From positions 6,519 to 70,518 of the forward strand of contig CAVKLJ010000007.1 in assembly GCA_963657245.1 (NCBI GenBank): a stretch of DNA of 64,000 nucleotides, in the 5' to 3' direction. The notes under the pieces are model-generated. The model was given only the letters and a program-made list of their open reading frames with translations, made no database searches and was not told the DNA's origin. Positions within the stretch are counted from its first letter, which is position 1. Every line of letters starts with the position of its first letter. The translations under genes and the position numbers were made by a program. Source of the stretch: Lachnospiraceae bacterium. Its GTDB lineage: Bacteria; Bacillota_I; Bacilli_A; RFN20; CAG-826. Shown one piece after another: positions 54,482 through 64,000 of the stretch.

Positions 54482-57420
54482 TTATCGTTATCTCCTGCAA
54501 ATCTCTCGTTTCCGTTCGATAACATCGAAGGATCATGTACAAGAACCCTTGCTCCTTTTGCTGAGGAGGCGCTATCAGGTTCGCCAACAATGCCTTCTTC
54601 TTTCAAGCGGTTAAAGATTTTTCCGGCACGTGGAAAACCAACAGAATATGTTCTTTGAATCTTCGAAATCGAGGTGTACTCTTGCATCATGACATCAGCC
54701 TTGATGGTCTCATATAAATCACCTTTTTCTTTTTCTCTTTGGGCAGCTCTTTCGATTTTTTCATTCTCTTCGGCAATCTTCGCGTCATTGGAATGATCGC
54801 TTAAATCAGAGAAATTAGGGTCATAGACGACTTTTTGCTGAGACTTGATGAATTCGGTAACCGCTTCAAGTTCTTCATCTTGGATGAAACATCCTTGGCA
54901 ACGGACGAATCCTCCGCCACGAGAAACTTGAGCGCAATCGACTAACATATCTCCATGTCCATTAAGCTCTTCTGCTCCACCTCTTCCTAAGATGGTTTGA
55001 GAATCTTGGGATGATTTAACTTTTAAAGCAACACGAACACCAAGATTGGCCTTGATAACGCCAGTAATGACATTAACTGATGGTCTTTGGGTGGCAACGA
55101 TAAGGTGAATACCAGCAGCACGGGCTTTTTGAGCAATTCTAACTACGCTTTCGCCGATGTTCTTGCATGTATCGGATAAATCCGCATACTCATCGATAAA
55201 GACAACGATGAATGGCATTGGCTCAACACCAGCTTTTGGACAATATTTTTCGTTATATGAACGGATGTTTCTAACTCCGGCGAACTCAAAGAGAATAAGC
55301 CTCTTTTCCATTTCATCAATAAGTTTATCTAAGCAAACCTTTGCTTGGTTAGGATCCTTGATTACTGGGCACAAAAGATGAGGAATATCTTGATACTTGA
55401 CCATTTCAACACGTTTAGGGTCAATTAAGACGAGTTTCACGTCTTCTGGGCGGTTACGCATAATAAGGGAAGCTAAGATTCCATGGGCGAAAACCGATTT
55501 ACCTGAACCAGTTCCACCAGCGATAAGCATATGTGGGAACTCGCTTAAATCCGCACAAATCTTGTTGCCGGAGATATCGACGCCAAATGGGACATACATA
55601 TTCTTTGCTGGATCATCAGGCAAGGCCTCAAGCATTTCCCTAAAGGAAACGGTTGTTGATTTATCGTTAGCGATTTCCAAGCCAGAAGTTGTCTTTCCCA
55701 TAATGATTTCTTCATATCTAGTATGAACGCCACCAAGTCTAGCGGAAACGTCTTTGATATATCTTCCAATCGAAGAAACGGATACCCCACGTTCAACTTG
55801 AATATCATATCTAGTAACGGATGGGCCAATAGTATAGGAAACAACTTGGGCACCAACATTAAAAGAATCGAAGGTTTGGTTGATGATATCTGTACGTTGT
55901 TGGCAAAGAAGCTTATTTTGCTCCACTACGTGAGGATCAATCGTATAAGTCTTTAGCAAGTCAAGAGGAGGGAAATCATATGGAGGACGCACCTTTGCTG
56001 GTTTGATTCCAAGTTTTTCCTCTTCGCTAACCTCTTTCTTTTGCATTAAAGGAGATTCGCTCTTTGTTTCTTCGACTTTAGGTTCTTCTACGATAGGCTC
56101 AGGTTCAACGATTGGTGCAGTTTCTTCTTCCTCTTCCTCGAGAGAGATTTCACCATAATTTTCAGAAATTTCTGGCTCTTTCTCTTCTTCTTGAGTTGAA
56201 GGAATTTCGATTTCAACGTTACTTTCTTCTTCCTCTTCCTTATAGGAAACAGACTCTTCTTTTGGTTCAACGTATGTAGATTTATTGGTAGGTTCTTCAG
56301 GAATTTCATTATTTTGAACGAATGCAGGAGCCTCCTCTTTAGGGGCTTTAATTTCCTCTTCTTCCTGTTTTTGAGAAATTGGCTCTTCATCGGAGCAAGG
56401 CAAAACTATTTCGCCAAAATCTGGTTTGGCCTCGGCCATAATTGGTTCAGGCTGTCTTGGTTTTTCTTGAACGATAGGCTTGCTTTTAACTTCAGGTTTA
56501 TTTGGGTTATCAAGGTTAGGAAGATCTTCGTTTGGATCAAAAACCGCTTCTTTTAAGCCACTATTACTATAGGTTTCTTGAATAAAGACATTTGCTTTCG
56601 CTGGTTCAACTGGAGCGGTTTCCTGTGGAACTGGCGACATTTCAGAAATGTGTTTTGAATGATAAAGGCTTGTTCTAGAAGGAGGTTCTTCAACGGTTTC
56701 TGGTTTTATGTCGTATGGTAAGGAGGCAATTGGTGAGTTTTCTTCGTCATCCACTTCAATTGGCTTATTTTGCTCGACGTATTCTTCAAGGGCTCTTTTT
56801 TGAGCCTCTTCTTCTCTACGGAGATTTTCTTCACTTTCCTTTTTTGCTTTATAAGCTCCGGCTTTTGAAGAGACAAAATGGATAAATCTCATAATATACG
56901 TAAAGAAAATGAGGAAAAGCCCGCCTAATATCGCCATAACGGCAAGCGTTATGGTCAAGGCTTTACCAACTTTATTAATCAATGAAGCTAAAGAGGAAAA
57001 AATGATCCCTCCACCATTTATTAAACTAAATACGCCTTCTCCATTAACAAATTGGCCTTTAAGCCCACTTTGTTCGGTTCCGTACATATCAAAAAGTTTT
57101 AAAGAATTTTCACTATAATAGCATGCGCTAGAAAAGCCAAAAATCAAGGAAGCGCCAAAGAAAATCAAAATAAAGCCAATGACAAACTTGCCAGTGACAA
57201 TCTTTTTCGTCTTTTCGCCTTTGAAAAGAAGGGTTAATCCTAGAAGCAAGAATGCCGGTAGTAACACCCAGTAACCTAATAAGCCAAAAAGGTATTCGAA
57301 AAGAAAGGCAATGCCCCAGGTAGTTTTAGTAAATGCTGAAAGCAAGAAAATCATCGATAGAATCGCGATCATTGCTCCTAAAGCACGAATTATTTGACTT
57401 GTAGAATAAGTTTTTTTCAT
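54478..57420 (-). CDS. ftsK: DNA translocase FtsK/SpoIIIE
   Basis: N-terminal TM helices, long Glu/Pro/Lys-rich linker, motor domain (HMLIAGGTGSGKS, VVFIDEYADL, RAAGIHLIVATQRP) and C-terminal gamma wHTH. Confidence 0.95.
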   Translation of the reverse strand: MKKTYSTSQIIRALGAMIAILSMIFLLSAFTKTTWGIAFLFEYLFGLLGYWVLLPAFLLLGLTLLFKGEKTKKIVTGKFVIGFILIFFGASLIFGFSSACYYSENSLKLFDMYGTEQSGLKGQFVNGEGVFSLINGGGIIFSSLASLINKVGKALTITLAVMAILGGLFLIFFTYIMRFIHFVSSKAGAYKAKKESEENLRREEEAQKRALEEYVEQNKPIEVDDEENSPIASLPYDIKPETVEEPPSRTSLYHSKHISEMSPVPQETAPVEPAKANVFIQETYSNSGLKEAVFDPNEDLPNLDNPNKPEVKSKPIVQEKPRQPEPIMAEAKPDFGEIVLPCSDEEPISQKQEEEEIKAPKEEAPAFVQNNEIPEEPTNKSTYVEPKEESVSYKEEEEESNVEIEIPSTQEEEKEPEISENYGEISLEEEEEETAPIVEPEPIVEEPKVEETKSESPLMQKKEVSEEEKLGIKPAKVRPPYDFPPLDLLKTYTIDPHVVEQNKLLCQQRTDIINQTFDSFNVGAQVVSYTIGPSVTRYDIQVERGVSVSSIGRYIKDVSARLGGVHTRYEEIIMGKTTSGLEIANDKSTTVSFREMLEALPDDPAKNMYVPFGVDISGNKICADLSEFPHMLIAGGTGSGKSVFAHGILASLIMRNRPEDVKLVLIDPKRVEMVKYQDIPHLLCPVIKDPNQAKVCLDKLIDEMEKRLILFEFAGVRNIRSYNEKYCPKAGVEPMPFIVVFIDEYADLSDTCKNIGESVVRIAQKARAAGIHLIVATQRPSVNVITGVIKANLGVRVALKVKSSQDSQTILGRGGAEELNGHGDMLVDCAQVSRGGGFVRCQGCFIQDEELEAVTEFIKSQQKVVYDPNFSDLSDHSNDAKIAEENEKIERAAQREKEKGDLYETIKADVMMQEYTSISKIQRTYSVGFPRAGKIFNRLKEEGIVGEPDSASSAKGARVLVHDPSMLSNGNERFAGDNDK

Positions 57421-57439
57421 AAAACCCCCTTACAAGAAT

Positions 57440-59119
57440 CTATTTTTCAATAAGTAATGGCAAAACCATTGGTTCTTTGCCAGTCTGACGACGGATCACA
57501 CGGAAAGTATGTTCATAAAGGTCGTCTTTGATTTGTTCAAGGGACATCGTTCCTCTTGCAACATCTTCACGGAGAGTTTCCGTAAAGACTTTTGTCACAT
57601 CACGAAGAAGAGCTTCTCCATCTCCCATCATGACTAAGCCACGGAACTGAATATCCGGTGTTCCGATTATCTTATGAGTTCCTTTTTCAAGGGTTACTGC
57701 CATAATTACGACACCTTGAGAAAGTTTTTGACGGTCCTCAAGAACCTCTGAACCAACATCTCCCACTCCAATTCCATCAATCATGACATCGCCATGAGGG
57801 ATTTCGTTTGGAATCATATTTGCGCCTTTTTCATCAAAATGAACGCAAGTACCGTTTTCAAGAAGGAAGACGGATTGATGGTTTAAATTTCCACCCATCT
57901 TTAAGGAGACTTCGGCATTTGTTAATAAATCTTTGAAATAGCCTTTTAAAGGGATGTAATACTTAGGATGTAATAAAGAAATCATCATCTTTAAATCTTC
58001 TTCCGAAGCGTGCATTCTAAAGAAGGCTTTTTTGCTAATGTTTGTAACATGGCATCCACTCTTATAAAGTTCATCAAGAGCATCGGTTGCCTCAATCTCG
58101 GTATTATCGTTTGATGGGCAAGCCATGATGAAGGTATCACTTTCCCCTAAAGAAACGGGTCTAGAGCCTTCTGTTTGTCCAGAAGCAAGAAGAGCGATCT
58201 TGCTATAAAGTCTTGTGCCAAAACCAAGCATCAAAACGATGATGTCGGTTGCTTTATAGCGATTGATATCTTCGTATGAAGCATAGTTATCGCGTGGAAG
58301 CATAAATTGGCCAGATTGTTGCATGCTCTTTAAGGTATCAGCCGTTTCTTCATCATATGGGATGATACGTTTACGTGATGTAACCGCCATTTGCAAGATT
58401 TCATCGATGTTGTAGAAATTAGAACTAAACATTGCGACAAAAACTCTTCCTGGAGCGTCTTTTACATCTTTCTCAATTAATGGAGCAAGTTTGTATTTAG
58501 GTGCTGTATAACCTAATTTGCCAGCAAATACAGATTCAGGGCAAAGGACTAAGGTCTTATCCTCGGCAATCTTTGCAATCATGTTTAAATCGGTTAAATA
58601 AGATTGCGAAGCGTTATTTTCGATAACGAAATCCGATGTGATGACGATATTGCCAAGATTTGAGGAGATGGCTATACCGCTAGATTGTGCGACGTTATGC
58701 GAGGTTTGGAAGAAAGAAACCTTTCGTTTACCAATATAGAAGGTCGAAGAAGGCTCAACGACGTTAAAATTAAACTTTGTATCTCCCAAACCAACGTGAC
58801 GGGCAAAGTTCTTAAACATTTCAATTGTGACCTTTGATCCATAAATTGGAGCAGGAATATCCTTATAAATGTATGCTAAAGCACCAACTTCATCATCATG
58901 TCCATGAGGAAGAAGATAAGCTTTAACGCGTTTTTTGTTATCTAACAAGTATGTGAAGTTTGGAATAACGAAATCAATTCCAGGCATCGTTTTGTCTGGG
59001 TATTTAATTCCGCATCCAACGACATAAATTTCATCATTAATTTCTACAACAGTGCAATTCTTGCCATCTTCATCAAGTCCGCCAAGGGCAAAAATCTTTA
59101 CTTTATCACTCATATTCAT
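57440..59119 (-). CDS. Ribonuclease J family protein (beta-CASP MBL) with non-canonical motif II
   Basis: IFALGGLDEDGKNC..., beta-CASP and C-terminal domains typical of RNase J. Motif II reads LPHGHDDEVGA rather than the canonical HGHEDHIG. Confidence 0.85.
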   Translation of the reverse strand: MNMSDKVKIFALGGLDEDGKNCTVVEINDEIYVVGCGIKYPDKTMPGIDFVIPNFTYLLDNKKRVKAYLLPHGHDDEVGALAYIYKDIPAPIYGSKVTIEMFKNFARHVGLGDTKFNFNVVEPSSTFYIGKRKVSFFQTSHNVAQSSGIAISSNLGNIVITSDFVIENNASQSYLTDLNMIAKIAEDKTLVLCPESVFAGKLGYTAPKYKLAPLIEKDVKDAPGRVFVAMFSSNFYNIDEILQMAVTSRKRIIPYDEETADTLKSMQQSGQFMLPRDNYASYEDINRYKATDIIVLMLGFGTRLYSKIALLASGQTEGSRPVSLGESDTFIMACPSNDNTEIEATDALDELYKSGCHVTNISKKAFFRMHASEEDLKMMISLLHPKYYIPLKGYFKDLLTNAEVSLKMGGNLNHQSVFLLENGTCVHFDEKGANMIPNEIPHGDVMIDGIGVGDVGSEVLEDRQKLSQGVVIMAVTLEKGTHKIIGTPDIQFRGLVMMGDGEALLRDVTKVFTETLREDVARGTMSLEQIKDDLYEHTFRVIRRQTGKEPMVLPLLIEK

Positions 59120-59211
59120 ATTGCCTTTCTAAATTCAAAACTAAAAAATCTCTTAACAAAGATTATTATAATCTTTAAAGGCTTCCTTAGGAATAAGCAA
59201 AGCGACCCTTT

Positions 59212-59241
59212 TTCTAAAAGAAAAGCCCCTAACTTGGGGCT
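59212..59241 (-). terminator. Rho-independent terminator overlapping the stop codon of the phosphoesterase gene
   Basis: Minus strand reads agcccc-aagtta-ggggct followed by tttcttttag. Confidence 0.65.
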
Positions 59242-59782
59242 AGTCTATTTTGAGTTCTTTAATCGGAGCTGAATCAGCGAGTCTTCGAATGGTGATAAGA
59301 TCATCTTCAATTGTTGCATAAGATGGCTCATTCCCACCTTTAGGGAAAGATGTAGAACCTGGATTTAGATAGATTTTGTTATCTTTTTTCTCTAAAACTT
59401 GGATATGGGTATGTCCTGAGCAAAGGATATCGCCATCTTGTGCTTTCAAAAGAGCGATTGAGTATTCATCACCATGATAGAGGTCAAAATAACGTCCGCC
59501 ATATTCAAAGCGTGGGCAATCCTCTAAAGGAAAGGCAAGAAGAGAAGAATCGATTCTAGAATCACAGTTTCCACGAACACCAATGATCTTCGAAGAGTAT
59601 TTGTTCAAGATCTTGCTGACTTCCATTGGCTCATAGTCATCAGGAACACCGTTTCTTGGGCCGTTATACATAAAATCGCCCAAGAGGAAAATCTTATCAG
59701 GATTAAATGCTAGGATTTGTTTCTCTAGCATTTTCATCCTTTCAACTCTGCCATGTATATCAGAAGCAACTAATATTTTCAT
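59240..59782 (-). CDS. YfcE/MJ0936-family metallophosphoesterase (second copy in the window)
   Basis: ASDIHGR, LGDFMYNGPRN, GNCD and SGHTH motifs; 180 aa. Confidence 0.8.
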   Translation of the reverse strand: MKILVASDIHGRVERMKMLEKQILAFNPDKIFLLGDFMYNGPRNGVPDDYEPMEVSKILNKYSSKIIGVRGNCDSRIDSSLLAFPLEDCPRFEYGGRYFDLYHGDEYSIALLKAQDGDILCSGHTHIQVLEKKDNKIYLNPGSTSFPKGGNEPSYATIEDDLITIRRLADSAPIKELKID

Positions 59783-59784
59783 TA

Positions 59785-60132
59785 TTAAATCTTCTCCATA
59801 TTGCGTGTAGAAACTACGTCAACTCCAGTACCACAAACATTGGCAATAATTACATCTCCAATATGAACAGGCGCTTGAATGTGAGTGTTGTTTATTGACT
59901 TCATAACATCAAAGATTTTACTCTTCGACACAGGCTCTTTCGTCTTGACTGGGCACATAGCTAATTCAGCATTATCGATACGAACTGTAGAAGTTACAAC
60001 ACGTGTAGGATTGGAGACTTCTTGTTTTCCATATTTAGCTCCACGTGGACAGAAATTGCCGGTTACATTCAGATCGTCATCGACTTTAAGATGGCAGCCT
60101 CTAGGGCAGCAAATGCAAATCAATTCTCTCAT
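59785..60132 (-). CDS. DUF1667-family small Cys-rich protein, third component of the glycerol-3-phosphate dehydrogenase-type module
   Basis: LICICCPRGCHL...CPRG motif; 115 aa. The start overlaps the upstream gene by 4 nt. Confidence 0.7.
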   Translation of the reverse strand: MRELICICCPRGCHLKVDDDLNVTGNFCPRGAKYGKQEVSNPTRVVTSTVRIDNAELAMCPVKTKEPVSKSKIFDVMKSINNTHIQAPVHIGDVIIANVCGTGVDVVSTRNMEKI

Positions 60133-61394
60133 AACAAATCCTCTTTATTAACTAAAGATATCTCTAGAACGCCTTGGTTGGAATTTAGTAAGTTTTTAGG
60201 CAATTTCTCGATTTCCATTTCACTAGGTATAATCACCTGTTTAAGGACTTTTTTGATGATTTCGCCATTAAACTTATAAACAATGTAAACGTTCTTTGAT
60301 GGTTGGCGGACTCTGAATTTAAATTCAATAGAATCTGGAGCGCTAGATAGATCAATTAATCCAGGCACGACATATCCTATTCCTTGGCCAGCTTTTGTGG
60401 TTATAGAATCGGAAGAGTGAGCAAGCTCATTCTTTAAATATTTAGCCGCAGACTCACCTGCCACTTTTGCTTCCATAGCAACATTATCAACAAGGTCATG
60501 AACATGGAGAACATTACCGCAGCTAAAGACGCCTTCTTGGCTTGTCTCATAGTTTTCATTGACTAATGCGCCACGAGATTGACCAACTTTGATTCCAGCA
60601 TCTTTTAAGAGATCGTTATTTGGAATTAAACCGATGGATAATATTAATGTATCACAGTCAAATTCTTTCTCTGTTCCTGGAATTGGATTCTTTCTTTCGT
60701 CCACTTCAGAGATAACGACTTTCTCAAGTCTTGATTTACCAACAACCTTGCTAACGGTATGACTTAGATATAGAGGGATATCGTAGTCATATAAGCATTG
60801 AACCATATTACGGTTAAGACCGTTAGACCAAGGGCAAATTTCAGCAACACCAAGAACTTTCGCTCCTTCTAGGGTTAAACGTCTTGCCATGATTAAGCCA
60901 ATATCGCCACTACCCAAGATAAAGACGCGCTTACCCGCCATATAGCCATATTCATTTAAGAATAACTGTGCTTGTCCAGCTGTAAGGATACCCGCAGGTC
61001 TATCGCCAGGAATGCCGATTGCACCAGCATTTCTTTCGTAACATCCTGCAGCCATTATGATGGCTTTGGCTTTGATTTCTTTAACACCTTCTTTGGCTGA
61101 AGAATAAGTCACAACCTTATCTTTTGAAATATTTGTGACATAGGTTTTTAGTTTGTATTCGATGTTCTTTTCTTTTACTTTTTCAATAAAACGATAGGCA
61201 AATTCCGGTCCGGTTAATTCTTCCTTAAAAAGAGTTAATCCGAAGCCATTATGAATACATTGGTTAAGAATGCCACCTAAGAATTCGTTTCTTTCAAGAA
61301 TGAGAATATCACGAATTCCGTTATCGTAAGCAGCTACAGCCGCAGCCATTCCCGCGCTTCCGCCACCAATAACAACTAAATCTTTTGTTTCCAT
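60129..61394 (-). CDS. FAD/NAD(P)-binding pyridine-nucleotide-disulfide-type oxidoreductase (partner of the GlpA-like subunit)
   Basis: Two dinucleotide folds: VIGGGSAGMAAA and ILGSGDIGLIMA. Confidence 0.75.
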   Translation of the reverse strand: METKDLVVIGGGSAGMAAAVAAYDNGIRDILILERNEFLGGILNQCIHNGFGLTLFKEELTGPEFAYRFIEKVKEKNIEYKLKTYVTNISKDKVVTYSSAKEGVKEIKAKAIIMAAGCYERNAGAIGIPGDRPAGILTAGQAQLFLNEYGYMAGKRVFILGSGDIGLIMARRLTLEGAKVLGVAEICPWSNGLNRNMVQCLYDYDIPLYLSHTVSKVVGKSRLEKVVISEVDERKNPIPGTEKEFDCDTLILSIGLIPNNDLLKDAGIKVGQSRGALVNENYETSQEGVFSCGNVLHVHDLVDNVAMEAKVAGESAAKYLKNELAHSSDSITTKAGQGIGYVVPGLIDLSSAPDSIEFKFRVRQPSKNVYIVYKFNGEIIKKVLKQVIIPSEMEIEKLPKNLLNSNQGVLEISLVNKEDLL

Positions 61395-61396
61395 CG

Positions 61397-62833
61397 TTAT
61401 TTCTCCTTCTTGACTTCACTTTCGAGAATGTAGCTATCATCCTTATCATAGAGAACTTCTAAAGGAGATACGCCCCACTTCTTGGCCAATAAGTTAATTA
61501 CTTTAGGTTGGCAGAACCCGCCTTGGCATTTGCCAAAACCTGCGCGTGTACGTTTCTTAATGCCTTTAACGGTCTTAACTGGGACGCTTCTTGATAAAAC
61601 GTCTTCAATTTCACCAATAGAGACTTTTTCACAATCACAGATTATCTCGCCATAACGAGGGTCTTTGGCAATAAGAGCATTTCTTTCTTCCAAAGGCATT
61701 TTCTTTGGTTTTAAGTATGGTCTTACTTCTTTCTTGTAATTGTCTTTTTCTTCTAATTTAAGAACCTTTCCGACTAATTCCGTGGCAACATATTCGCCAA
61801 TCGCTGGAGAAGAAGCCAAACCTGGTGATTCAATACCAGCAACATTGATGAAATTAGGATATGTCTTAGAACTTTCAATGATAAAATCGTGAGTTGACGG
61901 AGTAGCTCTAACACCAGCAAAAACTCTGATTTGTTGATTGAAAGGAATTGAAGGGACTAACGATGTAGCCTGAGCTTTTACGTTTTGTAAAGTTAAGGTA
62001 TCGGTTGAAAGATCTTCCTTATCATCTTGCACCTCGCTTGATGGACCAACTAAATAGTTGCCAGATGTGGTCATTGTGACAAGGATTCCTTTGCCTTTTT
62101 CGGAAGGCAATGGGAATAAAACGTGATTAACCAAGCCTTTTGCGTAGTGATCTAAAACGTAATACTCACCTTTTCTAGGAATGATGTTCCAAGAAATAGG
62201 TTCAACCATCTTGGCAATATCATCTGAATGAAGGCCTGCCGCATTGATAACGACTTTGGCTTCATATTCAGCTTTGCTTGTTTTGACAACGAAGTATTCA
62301 TCTTTATGAGTAATTGAAAGAACTTGCTCATCTAAATGAAGTTTTACGCCATTATCACAAGCATTTTCCATTGCGTGTGTTGTAAGAGCAAATGGAGAGA
62401 TGATCGCACCTGTTGGACATAAAAGGGCACCTTTGACATCTGGATTGATGTTTGGTTCCATCTCCTTGACCTCTTCTTTAGAAAGAATTCTTGCTGGAAC
62501 CCCATTTTGCTTTGCTCTTTCGAGTAATTCATCGAGCATTGGCATTTGCGAATCATAGATTGCAACCGTCATTGTTCCACATTCTTCAAAAGGCACGTCA
62601 AGTTCCTTGCAAACTTGTTTCATCATCCTATTGCCAAGAACATTGAATTTAGCTTTCTTTGTTCCAGGTAAAGGATCGTATCCAGAGTGTGCTATGGCTG
62701 AATTAGCCATTGAAGTAACATTGCCCACATCATTTTCTTTTTCAAGAACTAAGGTTTCTAGCTTGTAACGTGAAAGGCTCCGGGCAATAAAAGAACCAAC
62801 CGCGCCAGCTCCAATAATAATTATGTCTTCCAT
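61397..62833 (-). CDS. FAD-dependent glycerol-3-phosphate dehydrogenase/oxidase-like protein with C-terminal BFD-like [2Fe-2S] domain
   Basis: IIIGAGAVGSFIARSL (FAD fold) and C-terminal ICDCEKVSIGEI...RAGFGKCQGGFC. Start chosen at MEDIII (ATG at 62833); the ORF-track extension translates AT-rich promoter DNA. Confidence 0.8.
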   Translation of the reverse strand: MEDIIIIGAGAVGSFIARSLSRYKLETLVLEKENDVGNVTSMANSAIAHSGYDPLPGTKKAKFNVLGNRMMKQVCKELDVPFEECGTMTVAIYDSQMPMLDELLERAKQNGVPARILSKEEVKEMEPNINPDVKGALLCPTGAIISPFALTTHAMENACDNGVKLHLDEQVLSITHKDEYFVVKTSKAEYEAKVVINAAGLHSDDIAKMVEPISWNIIPRKGEYYVLDHYAKGLVNHVLFPLPSEKGKGILVTMTTSGNYLVGPSSEVQDDKEDLSTDTLTLQNVKAQATSLVPSIPFNQQIRVFAGVRATPSTHDFIIESSKTYPNFINVAGIESPGLASSPAIGEYVATELVGKVLKLEEKDNYKKEVRPYLKPKKMPLEERNALIAKDPRYGEIICDCEKVSIGEIEDVLSRSVPVKTVKGIKKRTRAGFGKCQGGFCQPKVINLLAKKWGVSPLEVLYDKDDSYILESEVKKEK

Positions 62834-63029
62834 AACGTTATTTATTATAAATAAATAATTTTCTTTGTAAAACAAAATCGGTAAATAGTTAATAAAATTC
62901 TCAATATTTATTCTCATTTTTTCAGGAATAAGTATAGATGACATCTATATTTTTTGTATTTTTAGATAAAAAATTAAGAGACTTAAAAAATTTAAATCGA
63001 ATTTCCCTTTTATAGGATTAGCAAGCATG

Positions 63030-63056
63030 AAAAAAGCCCACCTTTATAGGGTGAGC
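63030..63056 (-). terminator. Rho-independent terminator after pnp
   Basis: Minus strand reads gctcacc-ctataaa-ggtgggc (one G-U pair) followed by tttttt. Confidence 0.75.
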
Positions 63057-63075
63057 TTAAGGAGGCTAACAGATA

Positions 63076-64000
63076 TTAGTGACGGTCCTTACGTGGTCCA
63101 TTATGATTTGAATGGCCATGTCCGCCTTTATTTCCACCATTTGGACGATCGCCTTTGGCTGGACGTTCTGGACGTTCAACGTAATCAGCTGGCTTTTCGA
63201 TGAATTCACGATGGGAGAGTTTGATCTTCCCTTCTTCAAGGCCGATGACAACTACTTTCATCACATCGCCAACTTTGGCAACGTTTGTTGCATCATCGAT
63301 ATATTTCCAGTCTAAGCGGGAAACGTGGCAAAGTCCGTCTGTATCTCCGAAGAGGTTAACAAAAGCGCCGTAGTTTTCGACTCTTGTGACCTTGCCTTCA
63401 TAGATTTCACCAACTTTTGCTTCACGAACGATGTTATCGATTCTTTCTTTGGCTTTTTCGATCATCTCTTTATCGGTGTGATAAATTGTGACTTTTCCTG
63501 AATCTTCAACGTCGATCTTGACTTGACCACATGTGGCAATGATGTCGTTGATGACTTTACCACCTGTTCCGATAACGTCTCTGATCTTATCTGGATCAAT
63601 GTTGAATGTGACCATCTTTGGAGCGTATTTGCTAACTTCGGCACGTGGTTCGGCAATGCAGTTTTCCATAACTGTGCGGATTTCAGCACGGGCTTTGTTG
63701 GCCTGGGCCAAAGCCTCAGATAAGACTTCTCTTGTAACGCCATGGATTTTGATATCCATTTGAAGAGCGGTAATACCTTTGACGGTACCGGCACATTTGA
63801 AGTCCATATCACCGAAGTGATCTTCCATACCTTGAATATCGGTAAGGATAGTGTAATGGTTTGTCTCTTTGTCTGGTGCACGGCTTGGATCATCAGTGAT
63901 TAAGCCCATAGCAATACCAGAAACAACGTTCTTGATAGGAACGCCTGCTGCCATAAGGGAAAGGCAAGAAGCGCAGATAGAAGCTTGAGATGAAGAACCG
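63076..64000 (-). CDS. pnp: Polyribonucleotide nucleotidyltransferase (PNPase), 3' part; the 5' end is outside the window
   Basis: Second RNase PH domain end (DIQGMEDHFGDMDFK), KH (IRDVIGTGGKVI), S1 (GEIYEGKVTRVENYGAFVNL) and a Gly/His-rich tail. The reading frame stays open to position 64000. Confidence 0.93.
   Translation of the reverse strand, partial: GSSSQASICASCLSLMAAGVPIKNVVSGIAMGLITDDPSRAPDKETNHYTILTDIQGMEDHFGDMDFKCAGTVKGITALQMDIKIHGVTREVLSEALAQANKARAEIRTVMENCIAEPRAEVSKYAPKMVTFNIDPDKIRDVIGTGGKVINDIIATCGQVKIDVEDSGKVTIYHTDKEMIEKAKERIDNIVREAKVGEIYEGKVTRVENYGAFVNLFGDTDGLCHVSRLDWKYIDDATNVAKVGDVMKVVVIGLEEGKIKLSHREFIEKPADYVERPERPAKGDRPNGGNKGGHGHSNHNGPRKDRH

Noticed and set aside
62834-63029. 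The roughly 200-nt AT-rich region upstream of the GlpA-like gene as an ncRNA or riboswitch
   Set aside because: It is extremely AT-rich with no stable helices or conserved riboswitch cores recognisable by eye. It is most simply the promoter/operator region of the glp-type operon, following the pnp terminator.
1-64000. Alternative genetic code (UGA=Trp), as in Mycoplasma/Spiroplasma
   Set aside because: Long conserved ORFs terminate at TGA at the expected protein ends (ispG at 5497-5499, hrcA at 24862-24864). Conserved Trp positions are TGG, so the standard code 11 applies.
1-64000. Mobile elements, prophage, CRISPR arrays, tRNA/rRNA genes
   Set aside because: No transposase, integrase or Cas-like ORFs, no direct-repeat arrays, and no tRNA-like TPsiC/acceptor motifs were seen in the intergenic regions. 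All large ORFs are accounted for by housekeeping or the single-gene oddities listed.

Overview
AT-rich, very gene-dense chromosomal core region with about 60 CDS, most of them on the minus strand. It looks like a low-GC Bacillota/Mycoplasmatota-like bacterium (Acholeplasma/Erysipelotrichia-like). It uses the standard genetic code: ispG and hrcA end in TGA, and Trp is TGG.

From roughly 7.8 kb to 40.8 kb the gene order follows the Bacillus subtilis yqe/yqf backbone, read in descending coordinates: comEA-comEC-holA-rpsT ... lepA-hemW-hrcA-grpE-dnaK-dnaJ-rsmE-mtaB ... rpsU ... ybeY-cdd-era-recO-glyQS ... dnaG-trmK.

The left edge carries parE (partial), plsY, yneF, efp, rpmG, ispG, a DEAD-box helicase and ispH. 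The right part carries:
- greA and a T-box-regulated alaS
- mnmA, dtd, pdp, an RsmF-like methyltransferase and plsC
- a cytoplasmic pullulanase, acpS, ftsK and RNase J
- a three-gene glycerol-3-phosphate dehydrogenase module and pnp (partial)

I found no rRNA, tRNA, CRISPR array, transposase, integrase or prophage genes. I also see no convincing multi-gene novel system. The unusual content is single genes or gene pairs inserted into the conserved backbone:
- a C39 peptidase plus ABC-type membrane domain with no ATPase domain (14.4-15.6 kb)
- a degenerate Fic-like protein plus a small membrane protein between lepA and hemW
- a PD-(D/E)XK nuclease fused to an Fe-S DinG/XPD-type helicase
- a stand-alone adenylation-carrier didomain protein
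- a barnase/RNase Sa-family lipoprotein next to a membrane-anchored ComEC-type MBL protein
- several uncharacterised ORFs translationally coupled to housekeeping genes

All functional calls come from motif recognition by eye. No database search was run.
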